Made by a program: the position numbers and the translations under genes. This document shows, piece after piece, positions 29,061 to 38,311 of a stretch of 64,000 nucleotides of DNA. This stretch comes from an uncultured Bacilli bacterium (GTDB taxonomy: Bacteria; Bacillota_I; Bacilli_A; RF39; UBA660). The stretch covers positions 359,732-423,731 of the forward strand of contig CAKPKR010000001.1 of NCBI GenBank assembly GCA_934167465.1, written 5' to 3'. How positions within the stretch are numbered: position 1 is the stretch's first letter; every line of letters starts with the position of its first letter. The notes below the pieces were generated by a model that was given only the letters and a program-made list of their open reading frames with translations, was not told the origin of the DNA and ran no database searches.

Positions 29061-29327
29061 ACCACCTCCTGCATTTATGTGATTTGATATTACAATTACA
29101 TTGTCGCTATTTCCATATGAATTTAAAATTCTATTAACCCTCTCAGTTGGATCAATAGTTTCATCCTCTGATCTAACTAAAGTAACTGGAATACCTAATT
29201 TCATAAATTGATCGTACATATATTTTGAGATTTTTAAAGTTAAATCTTTTTCAATTATTCCATTTCCACTCGCACCAGGATCTTCTCCTCCATGACCAGC
29301 ATCTATTACAATTTTATAGTTATTCAT
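29061..29327 (-). CDS. 5' half of the split N-acetylmuramoyl-L-alanine amidase gene: the first 89 aa of the Amidase_3 domain
   Basis: AGGAGG ribosome-binding site then ATG. MNNYKIVIDAGHGGEDPGA...NHINAGGG. After 29061 the frame runs on into element sequence, so the 28887-29456 ORF in the track is chimeric. Confidence 0.75.
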
Positions 29328-29403
29328 ACATATTCCTCCTAGAATTATTTTATGATATATATAGGGATGTGTTATTAAATTAGGATATTTTTGATTAATA
29401 AAA

Positions 29404-29443
29404 AAACAAATTGTATGTATAGTACAATTTGAATTCTTTTGAA
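29404..29443 (-). terminator. Rho-independent terminator (CAAATTGTA-N7-TACAATTTG followed by T7) for the upstream minus-strand gene
   Basis: 9-bp perfect inverted repeat plus T-run on the minus strand. Confidence 0.6.
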
Positions 29444-29445
29444 AA

Positions 29446-30636
29446 TCACCATTCAATAAATCTTTCCCAAGTTTCAGTTACAGAACTAGAAACACAATCA
29501 AAATAACTATCCAATTGTTTACTTATTAATTTTGCCTTTTCATTTATGGGATTTCCATTTGTATAATAGTCTTTTTTCAGTGATCTAAACATCATATCGG
29601 CAAATATTACGGCTCTATCTTCTTTATAATTTGACTTACTATAAGATGATAAAAAATAAGCAGGATTTGAAAAATAATATACATATTCATTATCCTGATT
29701 TCCGTATGCAAATCCATCTGGATTTAATTGATTCATACTATTTTCTAATTCAGTTGCACCAACTATATTTGCTAAATAACAATCTATATAGTGCATTATT
29801 TCATGATGAAGAGTACTTTCAAATAATAAGCCATCTGTATTAATAAGAATTATTACAGTATTATAATTATTATTGTCAGTTAATCCAGCTGCATAATTAT
29901 TTATATTTTCTACTAAATAAATTGTAAGTTGTTTCCATTTGTTTTTAATTTCATAGAAGAAACTACTTGGATATTTATTCAAGGCGTTATTGATTGATAC
30001 TAATGATTGGTAAATTTTTGCGTCATCATATTGTTTAGTTGGAGTTGCATAGGAATTAACATAATTCCCGTCGATCTCATCCTTATAGCCAACTGAAACG
30101 CCATATTTATTCTTTATTTCATTTCTTAATTGATTATTTGTTATCTCTTGGGAACTTTGACTAGGCATATTTTCATTATTTTGGCTATTATTTTCTTTGT
30201 CAGAATTTGTGTTTTTATTATTGTCATTTGTTTCTTTGTTAGAATCTACATTTTTTTTATTATCATCAATTTTCCCATTAGAATTTTTATTTTCTTTTTT
30301 ATCACTTTTTTTAGCGATACTATTTTGTTCATCATTCGTATTATTATTTACATCATTTATACTATCAATATCATTTTCATTGGTGTTATTATCTTGGATA
30401 TCTGTGATTTCTTCTTTTTTATTACCTTCGGTATCATCTTTTTTTTCATTTGAACTATTACTATTAGATGTATTTTTTAAATCTTTTTTTTCATTTTTTA
30501 AGCTATATGAATTATGTTTTTCATCACTTTTATTTAATATAGTGCATTTCCCAATTATTACAATTATTAAAAAAGATATTAACACTAAAAATATTTTTTC
30601 TTTTTTATTAAATTTCATATTAAAACTCCTATACAA
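29446..30636 (-). CDS. Secreted or membrane-anchored protein with an N/D/K-rich low-complexity region and a C-terminal HExxH (HHEIMH) putative zinc-metallopeptidase domain
   Basis: Signal/anchor (IFLVLISFLIIVIIG), a long N/K/D/E-rich linker and a single HEIMH motif in the folded C-terminal domain. Confidence 0.45.
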   Translation of the reverse strand: MYRSFNMKFNKKEKIFLVLISFLIIVIIGKCTILNKSDEKHNSYSLKNEKKDLKNTSNSNSSNEKKDDTEGNKKEEITDIQDNNTNENDIDSINDVNNNTNDEQNSIAKKSDKKENKNSNGKIDDNKKNVDSNKETNDNNKNTNSDKENNSQNNENMPSQSSQEITNNQLRNEIKNKYGVSVGYKDEIDGNYVNSYATPTKQYDDAKIYQSLVSINNALNKYPSSFFYEIKNKWKQLTIYLVENINNYAAGLTDNNNYNTVIILINTDGLLFESTLHHEIMHYIDCYLANIVGATELENSMNQLNPDGFAYGNQDNEYVYYFSNPAYFLSSYSKSNYKEDRAVIFADMMFRSLKKDYYTNGNPINEKAKLISKQLDSYFDCVSSSVTETWERFIEW

Positions 30637-30722
30637 TATTATTGTATCTTAAATATAAAAATGTTTCAATATTTATATTTAATAATAAAAGATACTTTAC
30701 AAAGTATCTTAATTATAATAGA

Positions 30723-31316
30723 TTACTCATGAATTTTTTTAATAGTTAAATTGACACCAGTTATAACAACATTTGATGTACCACTGTCACCTAAAATATC
30801 AGCTCCAACTTCCAAAACGGTTAATTTTTCAAATCGAAATACTATATTTTGAGAAAAACTCATTTGTTTTCCACTATTAGGTTCTAATTTAAAAGTTAAA
30901 TCTTTAAGAGCAGATCCTTCACTATTTTGAAGATAGAATGTCGCACCATGTGTTTCATCTGCTTGTTCAATTAATCCAGAAAATGTTATTTCATAAATAC
31001 CAGGTTGAACCTCTATTTCTGTATCATTTAATATTGAAAAATATTCAGATTCATTTGGAATAAGCCAAGAATCATTAATCGACATTTTTTCAGATGTGCT
31101 TGTATCGATAAAGCTGGAAAATAATAACCCTTCATTAGATGAAATTGCAATAGGCCCGGTTGGACCTATTTGTCCTTGTGCTCCTTGATCACCATTAGGT
31201 CCTTGTAATCCTTGTGGTCCAGTTGGCCCAATAAGTGTGCAACCAAAACCTAATTTTAATAATTTATTTCTTAATTTTGCATTTTCCTCTAATTCTTTAA
31301 ATTTTTGTGAAGACAT
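30723..31316 (-). CDS. Collagen-like (GXX repeat) protein with a BclA-like C-terminal domain. Putative exosporium glycoprotein
   Basis: GPTGPQGLQGPNGDQGAQGQIGPTGP triple-helix repeats followed by a beta-rich C-terminal domain. Confidence 0.6.
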   Translation of the reverse strand: MSSQKFKELEENAKLRNKLLKLGFGCTLIGPTGPQGLQGPNGDQGAQGQIGPTGPIAISSNEGLLFSSFIDTSTSEKMSINDSWLIPNESEYFSILNDTEIEVQPGIYEITFSGLIEQADETHGATFYLQNSEGSALKDLTFKLEPNSGKQMSFSQNIVFRFEKLTVLEVGADILGDSGTSNVVITGVNLTIKKIHE

Positions 31317-31392
31317 AAAAGTAACCTCCTTATCATAATATATGGAGATAATACTTTAATGTTTAAACGATATAATTAAAAAAAGATAAAAA

Positions 31393-32040
31393 CTACGCTG
31401 CTTTTATCTTTTCGATATATGCATTAATTTTACTAGCCCATGCTGTACTTTCTGCATATTTTGGATTTATTGTTTCAGGTGTAGTTAAACCAATTGCATA
31501 ATAATTATAATATAGGTTCTCTAAGAAAGAATTAATTCCTTCCTCCATAGAACTAAAAGCTCTATAAGAACCTCCCCAACATCCTGGTCCGCCTTTTTGG
31601 CCTCCAACATTATAACATTGGTTAACTAACTCACTACAATTCCATGAACATCCTGTTTCATGAAGAACAATTGCTACTGCTAAATAAGGATCTAATCCTA
31701 ATTCAATAGATTTGGAAGCAAATAAGTTTCCATATCCAGAAATTGTAGAATTTAATGATCTATTTAATTTATCACTTAATTCATCTAATGTTAAACCATC
31801 ATATACTATTTCAGGTTCACTTATTTCAGGTTGAGTTTCGTTTTCGTTCATATTTGTTTCAGAAATAAGCGGTGCAGTTGAACTGTCAATTAGATTGTCG
31901 GCTAATAATAATTGATCATTAGTTAAACTTTCTTTCTTTTCATAGCAGTATTTTGTCAAAACCGTAAATCCTATTAAACACATTAAGACTATAATTGAAG
32001 AAACAATTTTAGCCTTCTGGTCATTTTTCAAAATTTTCAC
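31393..32040 (-). CDS. Membrane-anchored glucosaminidase-like (FlgJ-type) cell-wall hydrolase
   Basis: An N-terminal transmembrane segment. LAVAIVLHETGCSWNCS resembles the glucosaminidase domain core. Confidence 0.45.
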   Translation of the reverse strand: MKILKNDQKAKIVSSIIVLMCLIGFTVLTKYCYEKKESLTNDQLLLADNLIDSSTAPLISETNMNENETQPEISEPEIVYDGLTLDELSDKLNRSLNSTISGYGNLFASKSIELGLDPYLAVAIVLHETGCSWNCSELVNQCYNVGGQKGGPGCWGGSYRAFSSMEEGINSFLENLYYNYYAIGLTTPETINPKYAESTAWASKINAYIEKIKAA

Positions 32041-32172
32041 CTCTTTGTTTTTTTGACGAAAACATTTATGATTTTATCACTATTATGATTATATGTCAAA
32101 TTAATACAAGTTATGCAATTATTATATTGAAAAATAATAATTAATGTGCTATAATTTTTTTGTTGGAACGAT

Positions 32173-32246
32173 AGGGGTATAGTTCAATGGTAGAATAACG
32201 GTCTCCAAAACCGCTGATGTGGGTTCAACTCCTGCTACCCCTGCCA
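32173..32246 (+). tRNA. trnW: tRNA-Trp (anticodon CCA)
   Basis: Hand-folded cloverleaf: 7-bp acceptor AGGGGTA/TACCCCT, anticodon loop CTCCAAA, T-loop TTCAACT and an encoded CCA end. Confidence 0.8.
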
Positions 32247-32294
32247 TGTTGAAACCAAACTCTGTAAGGAGTTTTTATTATAGGAGAGATTATT

Positions 32295-32801
32295 GTGAAA
32301 AAAGGTTTAATTTTATTAATTATTAGTGTATTGTTCATTACTGGTTGTTCAAATGATACAAAGAAAGAAAATACCAAAGTAGATAATAAATCTAATAAGG
32401 TTACACAAAAAGTGGAAAAAACTAAAGAAAATACTGAATCAAAAGAAGAAATAAGTGAAACTAAAGAAGAAGTAACTAAAGAGGAAACTACCAAAGAAGA
32501 AAATCCAACTATCAATCAACAAGTAAACAATACACCTAGTGAACCAGAAGAAAATATTCAAACAGAACAACCTGTACAAGCACCTGCATGTACACCAAAA
32601 AAATTTGATAATACTTATTCTTATGTATATAATACCCAAGATGAATGTAAAATAGGTGGTAATCTTGCATTTATGGATATAACAGAAGATGGTACTAGTG
32701 ATATTTTCGCATATGGTTGCAGAGAAATTGTCGATGAATGTGGAACTACTTATTATGGAGTTATATTTTATAATGCCCCTGATAGTATAGTATATAGATA
32801 G
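32295..32801 (+). CDS. Lipoprotein (GTG start) with a K/E-rich region and a Cys-containing C-terminal domain
   Basis: Lipobox LFITGC. AGGAGAG ribosome-binding site before the GTG. Confidence 0.5.
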   Translation: MKKGLILLIISVLFITGCSNDTKKENTKVDNKSNKVTQKVEKTKENTESKEEISETKEEVTKEETTKEENPTINQQVNNTPSEPEENIQTEQPVQAPACTPKKFDNTYSYVYNTQDECKIGGNLAFMDITEDGTSDIFAYGCREIVDECGTTYYGVIFYNAPDSIVYR

Positions 32802-32883
32802 TTTAGCTATCTTTTTTTAAATTTACTTTTTGGATTTGTTGTTGTATAATATATTATACGTGAAGGTAATGTAGAGGTTTTTT

Positions 32884-33975
32884 ATGGATGGATTAGTGTT
32901 AATTATAATAATAGATTCATTAATAATAGTAACAGTTTATTTTTTATTTAAATTGTTTGATAAAACTAAGATTATTACTGAATATGAATCAAAAAATAAA
33001 TTTGCTATTATAGTACCTGCTAGAAATGAAGAAAATGTAATTTCTAGTTTGTTAGATAGTTTAAATAATCAAAATTATCCAAAAGAGTTGTATGATATCT
33101 ATGTGATACCAAACAATTGCAATGACAAAACTGAAGAATTATCAAAAAATAAAGCAAAGATACTTAAATATGATATAAATTTTAAAACAAAAGGTGAGGT
33201 TCTAAAAGAAGCCTTTAATGATTTAATGGAATATGATGCTTTTATCGTGTTTGATGCCGATAATGTGGTTGATTCTAATTTTATTAAAACGATGAATAAT
33301 TATCTATGCAATGGTTCGTTAGTAGTTCAAGGTTATAGAGATAGTAAAAACTATGAAAATTGGTTATCATATAGTTATTCAATATTTTATTGGTTACAAA
33401 ATTTGTATTTTGAAAAAATAAATTCTTCATTTATAAGTGGAACCGGATTTATGATAAAAAAAGAAGTAATAGAAAAATATGGATTTAATGTTGAAACTTT
33501 AACTGAAGATACTGAATTTTCAGTATTTTGTGAAATAAATAAAATTAAGATAGATTTTGCTAAAGAAGCAATTACTTATGATGAACAACCAACCGATTTT
33601 ATAACATCTTGGAATCAAAGAAAAAGATGGACTGTAGGGGTAGTTCAAACTTTAAAATTATATTTTAAACGAATTATTGAAACTAATAGTATAAATTCAT
33701 TTATTATTTTAAATAATCCAGTATTTAATTTAATAGGTTTAATTATAACTTTACTATATTTAGGTAATATGAATTATTTTATAATACTTATATCATCATT
33801 GTATATATTTATGATAATAATTGCTTTTATAACAATTTTATATAACGATAAAAAATTAAATTACAAATTATTTTTGTTTCCCGTTTTTATTCTAAGTTGG
33901 GTACCAATAAATATAATATATTTATTCAAAAAAGATTGTGAATGGAAAGAAATAAATCATAATAAGAATTTATAG
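32884..33975 (+). CDS. Family 2 glycosyltransferase, membrane-embedded processive type
   Basis: GT2 motifs (IIVPARNEE..., FDADN, QRKRW-like QxxRW) plus N- and C-terminal transmembrane helices. Confidence 0.75.
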   Translation: MDGLVLIIIIDSLIIVTVYFLFKLFDKTKIITEYESKNKFAIIVPARNEENVISSLLDSLNNQNYPKELYDIYVIPNNCNDKTEELSKNKAKILKYDINFKTKGEVLKEAFNDLMEYDAFIVFDADNVVDSNFIKTMNNYLCNGSLVVQGYRDSKNYENWLSYSYSIFYWLQNLYFEKINSSFISGTGFMIKKEVIEKYGFNVETLTEDTEFSVFCEINKIKIDFAKEAITYDEQPTDFITSWNQRKRWTVGVVQTLKLYFKRIIETNSINSFIILNNPVFNLIGLIITLLYLGNMNYFIILISSLYIFMIIIAFITILYNDKKLNYKLFLFPVFILSWVPINIIYLFKKDCEWKEINHNKNL

Positions 33976-34644
33976 GTGGTAAGTATGAAAGAAGTAAAGG
34001 AAAAAAAGGCATTCGCACAGGGATATTGTTTTATTAAAATTTTTTTGTTTTTTGTAATAGGTTGTATTTTAGGAGCATATTATGAGGAAATAGGATTTAT
34101 AATAAGACACGGATATTGGGCTCCAAGAAGAGCACTATTATATGGTCCGTTCAGTCCTGTGTATGGGATTGCGTTTATGCTAGTAGCAATAGTGTTTGGT
34201 AAAAAAACAGATATGAAATGGACAAAAGCATATATTTATTGTTTCTTTTTAGGAGGACTATTAGAATATTCGTTAAGTTGGATTCAACAACTAATATTTC
34301 ACTCTAGATCGTGGAATTATGATGGATATTTTTTAAATATAGGTGGTAGAACAACTGTAATATTTATGTTTGCTTGGGGATTAATGGGAATGATTTTTAT
34401 TAAAATATTATATCCATTGATTTCTAATTTGATTGAAAAAATACCATATAAGATTGGAAATATTTGTTTTATAATATTACTAATATTTATGATATTTGAT
34501 ATATCAGTTTCTTTAGCTGCTACTTTAAGACAAACAAACAGAAGAAAAGGAAACCCACCAATTACATTTATTGGAAAATTATGTGATGAAATATATCCTG
34601 ACGATGTTTTAAAAAAAGTATATAATAATGCTGTATATGAATAG
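33976..34644 (+). CDS. CmpB-like polytopic membrane protein (putative ABC-transporter type IV family), immediately following the GT2 gene
   Basis: RHGYWAPRRALLYGPFSPVYGIAFML resembles the family signature RGFLNGPLCPIYG. Confidence 0.45.
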   Translation: MVSMKEVKEKKAFAQGYCFIKIFLFFVIGCILGAYYEEIGFIIRHGYWAPRRALLYGPFSPVYGIAFMLVAIVFGKKTDMKWTKAYIYCFFLGGLLEYSLSWIQQLIFHSRSWNYDGYFLNIGGRTTVIFMFAWGLMGMIFIKILYPLISNLIEKIPYKIGNICFIILLIFMIFDISVSLAATLRQTNRRKGNPPITFIGKLCDEIYPDDVLKKVYNNAVYE

Positions 34645-34743
34645 ATTTTATAATCTATTTTTTTGTAAATAAGTGTAAATAATAAGAATATAATAGGTTT
34701 AAAAAAAATACTTATGTTATAATTAAATAAGATAGGAGTACTT

Positions 34744-35592
34744 ATGAATAACTGGATTTTTTTAGGACTTATTTATGGAATCATAAGTGGAATTTATTTT
34801 TTATTTCAAAAACAGGCTATGAAGACTAATCATTCAATAGAAGTATTTGTAACTTATGTTACGATAGCTTTCTTAATAGTTTTTTTGGATATACCTGATT
34901 TATTAAGCATTGAACCAAAATATTTACTATTAATTTCATTTAAATCTTTGATTATGTTGGTATCATTTATTTTGTCATTCAAGGCAATGAGTAAATTATC
35001 TGTAAGTTTATATGGTGTCATCAATATGTCAAGAATATTATTTACGACATTACTGGGTATAATAATACTTAATGAGACATTTGGTAAATATCAAATAATA
35101 GGAATGTTATTAATATGCTTAGGTTTATTATTGATAAATTCATATAAAGAAGAAGATAAAAAAAGTGATAAAAAATACATATTAATATTATTTATTGGAT
35201 GTATTTTTGCTTCCATAGGAGGACTTTTAGATAAAATTATTTCTTTAAATGTTAAACCAAGTGATTTCCAATGGTGTTTCTTATTATATTTATTTTTATA
35301 TAGTTGGCTATATGTATTAGTAAGAAATATTAAGATTAATTTTAAAAAATCTTTCAAAAATCCTTGGATATATTTATATAGTATTTCTATGGTAGTAGCA
35401 GATAGAATATTGTTTATTGTTAATAGTATTTCTGAAAGTGAAATTTCGATAATATCGTTATTAAAACAAATTTCAATTATTATAATGATATTAGGTGGAG
35501 GAATGCTTTTTAAAGAAAAAAATTTAAAATATAAACTAATTTGTTCGTTAGTAATAATAATGGGACTTATAGTTATAGTGATAGGAGGATAA
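34744..35592 (+). CDS. Polytopic membrane protein, DMT/EamA-like
   Basis: About 10 transmembrane helices in 282 aa. Confidence 0.4.
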   Translation: MNNWIFLGLIYGIISGIYFLFQKQAMKTNHSIEVFVTYVTIAFLIVFLDIPDLLSIEPKYLLLISFKSLIMLVSFILSFKAMSKLSVSLYGVINMSRILFTTLLGIIILNETFGKYQIIGMLLICLGLLLINSYKEEDKKSDKKYILILFIGCIFASIGGLLDKIISLNVKPSDFQWCFLLYLFLYSWLYVLVRNIKINFKKSFKNPWIYLYSISMVVADRILFIVNSISESEISIISLLKQISIIIMILGGGMLFKEKNLKYKLICSLVIIMGLIVIVIGG

Positions 35593-35594
35593 AT

Positions 35595-36503
35595 ATGAGT
35601 AAGGTAGTTTTAGTTGGTTGTGGAAATGTCGGTATGAGTTATGTTTATGCTTTATTAAATCAAAGAACAAGTGTTACTGAAGTAGTTCTAATTGATTTAA
35701 ATAAAGATAGAACTGAAGGTGAAGTTTTAGATTTAAGCCATGGTTTATCTTTTTCGCCATCAAAAATAACTTTTAAAGCTGGTGAATATAGTGATTGTAC
35801 TGATGCTTCTATAGTTGTTATAGCAGCAGGCGCTAATCAAAATCCCGGTGAGACTAGAATGGATTTAATTAATAAAAATTCAAAGATATTTAAAGGTATT
35901 GTAAGTAGTGTTATGGCAAGTGGATTTAAGGGAATATTCTTAGTTGCAACTAATCCATTAGATGTTATGACATATTTAACTTATAAATATTCTGGTATGG
36001 ATTCTAGTAGAATAATTGGGTCTGGTACAACTTTGGATACATCTCGTATGCGCTATATGGTAGGTGAAAGATTAGGAATTAATCCTAAAAATATTCACGG
36101 ATATGTAATAGGTGAACATGGAGATTCTGAATTTATTCCTTGGTCTATTGCGAGTGCTGGGGCAATTAGAGTAAGTGAAGTTATTTCTAAAGAAGAGCTT
36201 GACAAAATTGAAGATAGTGTTAGAAATGTAGCCTATGAAATTATTAATAAAAAAGGTGCAACTTACTATGGCATTGGTATGTGTTTAGTAAGAATTACAA
36301 ATGCTATTTTAGGTGATGAAAATACTATAATGACAGTTTCTAACTATGATGAAAAAGAAGGATGTTATTATGGATATCCAGCTATTATTAATAAAGATGG
36401 TATTAAATCTCGTACTAAATTAGACTTAACAAGTGAAGAATCTTTAACATTACAAAAATCAATAAATATTATTAAAACTGCTATTCAAAGTATAGAAGAA
36501 TAA
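35595..36503 (+). CDS. ldh: L-lactate dehydrogenase
   Basis: NAD-binding GCGNVG, the substrate-binding motif region (IGEHGDSE) and length about 300 aa. AGGAGGA ribosome-binding site before the ATG at 35595. Confidence 0.85.
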   Translation: MSKVVLVGCGNVGMSYVYALLNQRTSVTEVVLIDLNKDRTEGEVLDLSHGLSFSPSKITFKAGEYSDCTDASIVVIAAGANQNPGETRMDLINKNSKIFKGIVSSVMASGFKGIFLVATNPLDVMTYLTYKYSGMDSSRIIGSGTTLDTSRMRYMVGERLGINPKNIHGYVIGEHGDSEFIPWSIASAGAIRVSEVISKEELDKIEDSVRNVAYEIINKKGATYYGIGMCLVRITNAILGDENTIMTVSNYDEKEGCYYGYPAIINKDGIKSRTKLDLTSEESLTLQKSINIIKTAIQSIEE

Positions 36504-36545
36504 AAATTCTTCTTTTTTGTGTTATAATTTTAATAGGTGATATAT

Positions 36546-37205
36546 ATGACTTTATTAATTGTTGAAGATGAAATAAAATTAAGAGAAGAATTAAAGCTGT
36601 TTTTAGAAAACAATGGTTATAAAATAATAACAATAAATGATTTTGATAATACTTTATCTGAAATTAAAAAAAATAATTGTGATTTAATTTTAATGGATAT
36701 AAATTTACCTAATATAAATGGTGAATATCTGGTAAAGGAATTAAGAAAAGATAGCAATGTTCCAATAATTATGGTTACAAGTAAAAATACAGAAATGGAT
36801 GAATTAATTAGTATTAATTATGGGGCTGATGATTTCATAATTAAACCTTATAATCCTCAAATACTTTTAGCAAGAATAGAAAGAATCTTAAAAAGAATTA
36901 ATAATAATGATAATAGGATTGTTTATAATGATTTAATTTTAGATGTTTCAAAATCTTCAATAATTAAAAATGATGAGGTTACTCAATTATCTAAAAATGA
37001 GTTTAGAATTTTTTACTATTTATTATCTAATAAGGGTAAGATTATTTCAAGAGATGATTTAATTAATTATTTATGGGATAACAATGAATTTGTTGATGAT
37101 AATACTTTAACTGTTAATATCAATAGACTTCGTAATAAATTAGCAACTTTAGGATACAATGAACTAATTATTACTAGAAGAGGGCAAGGATATATAGTAT
37201 TATGA
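36546..37205 (+). CDS. OmpR-family response regulator (BceR-like)
   Basis: Receiver domain (LIVEDE...DLILMDINLP) plus a winged-helix output domain. Confidence 0.8.
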   Translation: MTLLIVEDEIKLREELKLFLENNGYKIITINDFDNTLSEIKKNNCDLILMDINLPNINGEYLVKELRKDSNVPIIMVTSKNTEMDELISINYGADDFIIKPYNPQILLARIERILKRINNNDNRIVYNDLILDVSKSSIIKNDEVTQLSKNEFRIFYYLLSNKGKIISRDDLINYLWDNNEFVDDNTLTVNINRLRNKLATLGYNELIITRRGQGYIVL

Positions 37206-38203
37206 GTTTAATTAATTATATAAAAGATAAAGTTTTCGAGATTATACTATCAATTGTTTTTATTCTGCTTATGTATGGATTATTAAATTATATTGAAACT
37301 AATAATTATTTAATATTATTAATTTTAATTGTAATTATATTGTATTTATTAATATTATTATTTTATGATTACTTTCGTAAGAAAAAGTTTTATTTAAATT
37401 TAGAGAATATTTCTAATAATTTGGATAAGAAATATTATTTGAGTGAAGTAATTGAGAAACCAGATTTTTTAGAAGGTAAAATATTTACGGATATACTATA
37501 TGATATTGATAAATCTTATATTGAAAGTTTAAATAAATATAAATATTCAGTTGAACAATTTAAAGAATATATTGAATTATGGTGTCATGAGATTAAAACT
37601 CCAATTGCTACTTCAAAATTAATATTAGAAAATAATAAAAAAAATATTTCGGATGAAATTGATAAAATAGAAAATTATGTTGAACAAGTATTGTTTTATT
37701 CTAAAAGTGATGTTGCAGAATTAGACTATATAATTAAAAAAGTTAATTTGAAAGATATAGTTAATGATGTAATAAAGCGAAATAAAAAAAGTTTAATCAG
37801 CAAAAAAATTAAAGTTAATGTATTTACAAATGACTATTATATTAATAGTGATTCTAAGTGGTTAGAGTTTATAATTAATCAAATCATTTCAAATAGTATT
37901 AAATATATTAGTGAAGATCCTGAATTAATTATTGAATGCAAAGAAAATCCTGATAATAAAATATTAGTTATTAAAGATAATGGTATTGGTATAGATGAAT
38001 CTGAAATAGATAGAGTTTTTGATAAAGGTTTTACAGGCAGTAATGGGAGAAAAAAGTATGCTTCAACGGGTATTGGTCTATATTTGGTTAAAAGATTATG
38101 CTTAAAATTAGGTTATAATGTAAGCATAAGTTCAAAGTTAAATAATGGAACAACAGTAATGATTGTTTTTCCAAATAGTTCTATGTATGAAAAATTAAAA
38201 TAA
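37202..38203 (+). CDS. Intramembrane-sensing histidine kinase (BceS-like)
   Basis: Two N-terminal transmembrane helices with a minimal loop. H-box HEIKTP. G-boxes DNGIGI / GTGIGL. Confidence 0.8.
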   Translation: MSLINYIKDKVFEIILSIVFILLMYGLLNYIETNNYLILLILIVIILYLLILLFYDYFRKKKFYLNLENISNNLDKKYYLSEVIEKPDFLEGKIFTDILYDIDKSYIESLNKYKYSVEQFKEYIELWCHEIKTPIATSKLILENNKKNISDEIDKIENYVEQVLFYSKSDVAELDYIIKKVNLKDIVNDVIKRNKKSLISKKIKVNVFTNDYYINSDSKWLEFIINQIISNSIKYISEDPELIIECKENPDNKILVIKDNGIGIDESEIDRVFDKGFTGSNGRKKYASTGIGLYLVKRLCLKLGYNVSISSKLNNGTTVMIVFPNSSMYEKLK

Positions 38204-38311
38204 TGAAGATATAGCAATATATCTTTTTTCTTACAAAAATGTAATAATATTTAAGATAAATCGATTGTTAATAGATAATTTATGTAATAAAATTATATCT
38301 AGGTGGTCGAG

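Noticed and set aside
29328-29403. Sigma-K-like CATAAAATA upstream of the amidase 5' half
   Set aside because: The CATA---TA pattern is too permissive in about 28% GC DNA to call from a single occurrence. It is mentioned only in the context of the intervening-element hypothesis.
28887-29456. 189-aa ORF in the track read as one gene
   Set aside because: It is chimeric. Only codons 44-132 (29327-29061) are Amidase_3. The preceding residues come from an upstream in-frame extension before the real RBS/ATG. The tail is read-through into element DNA beyond the integration junction.
30130-30652. Plus-strand ORFs (107 and 151 aa) rich in F/I/L
   Set aside because: Shadow frames of the N/D/K-rich low-complexity region of the minus-strand 29446-30636 gene.
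32173-32246. Possibility of UGA=Trp (Mollicutes code 4) recoding
   Set aside because: The only tRNA-Trp seen has anticodon CCA. Many well-conserved genes terminate at TGA in-frame, such as the hsp20 and amidase contexts. There are no internal TGAs in conserved domains. This points to the standard bacterial code.
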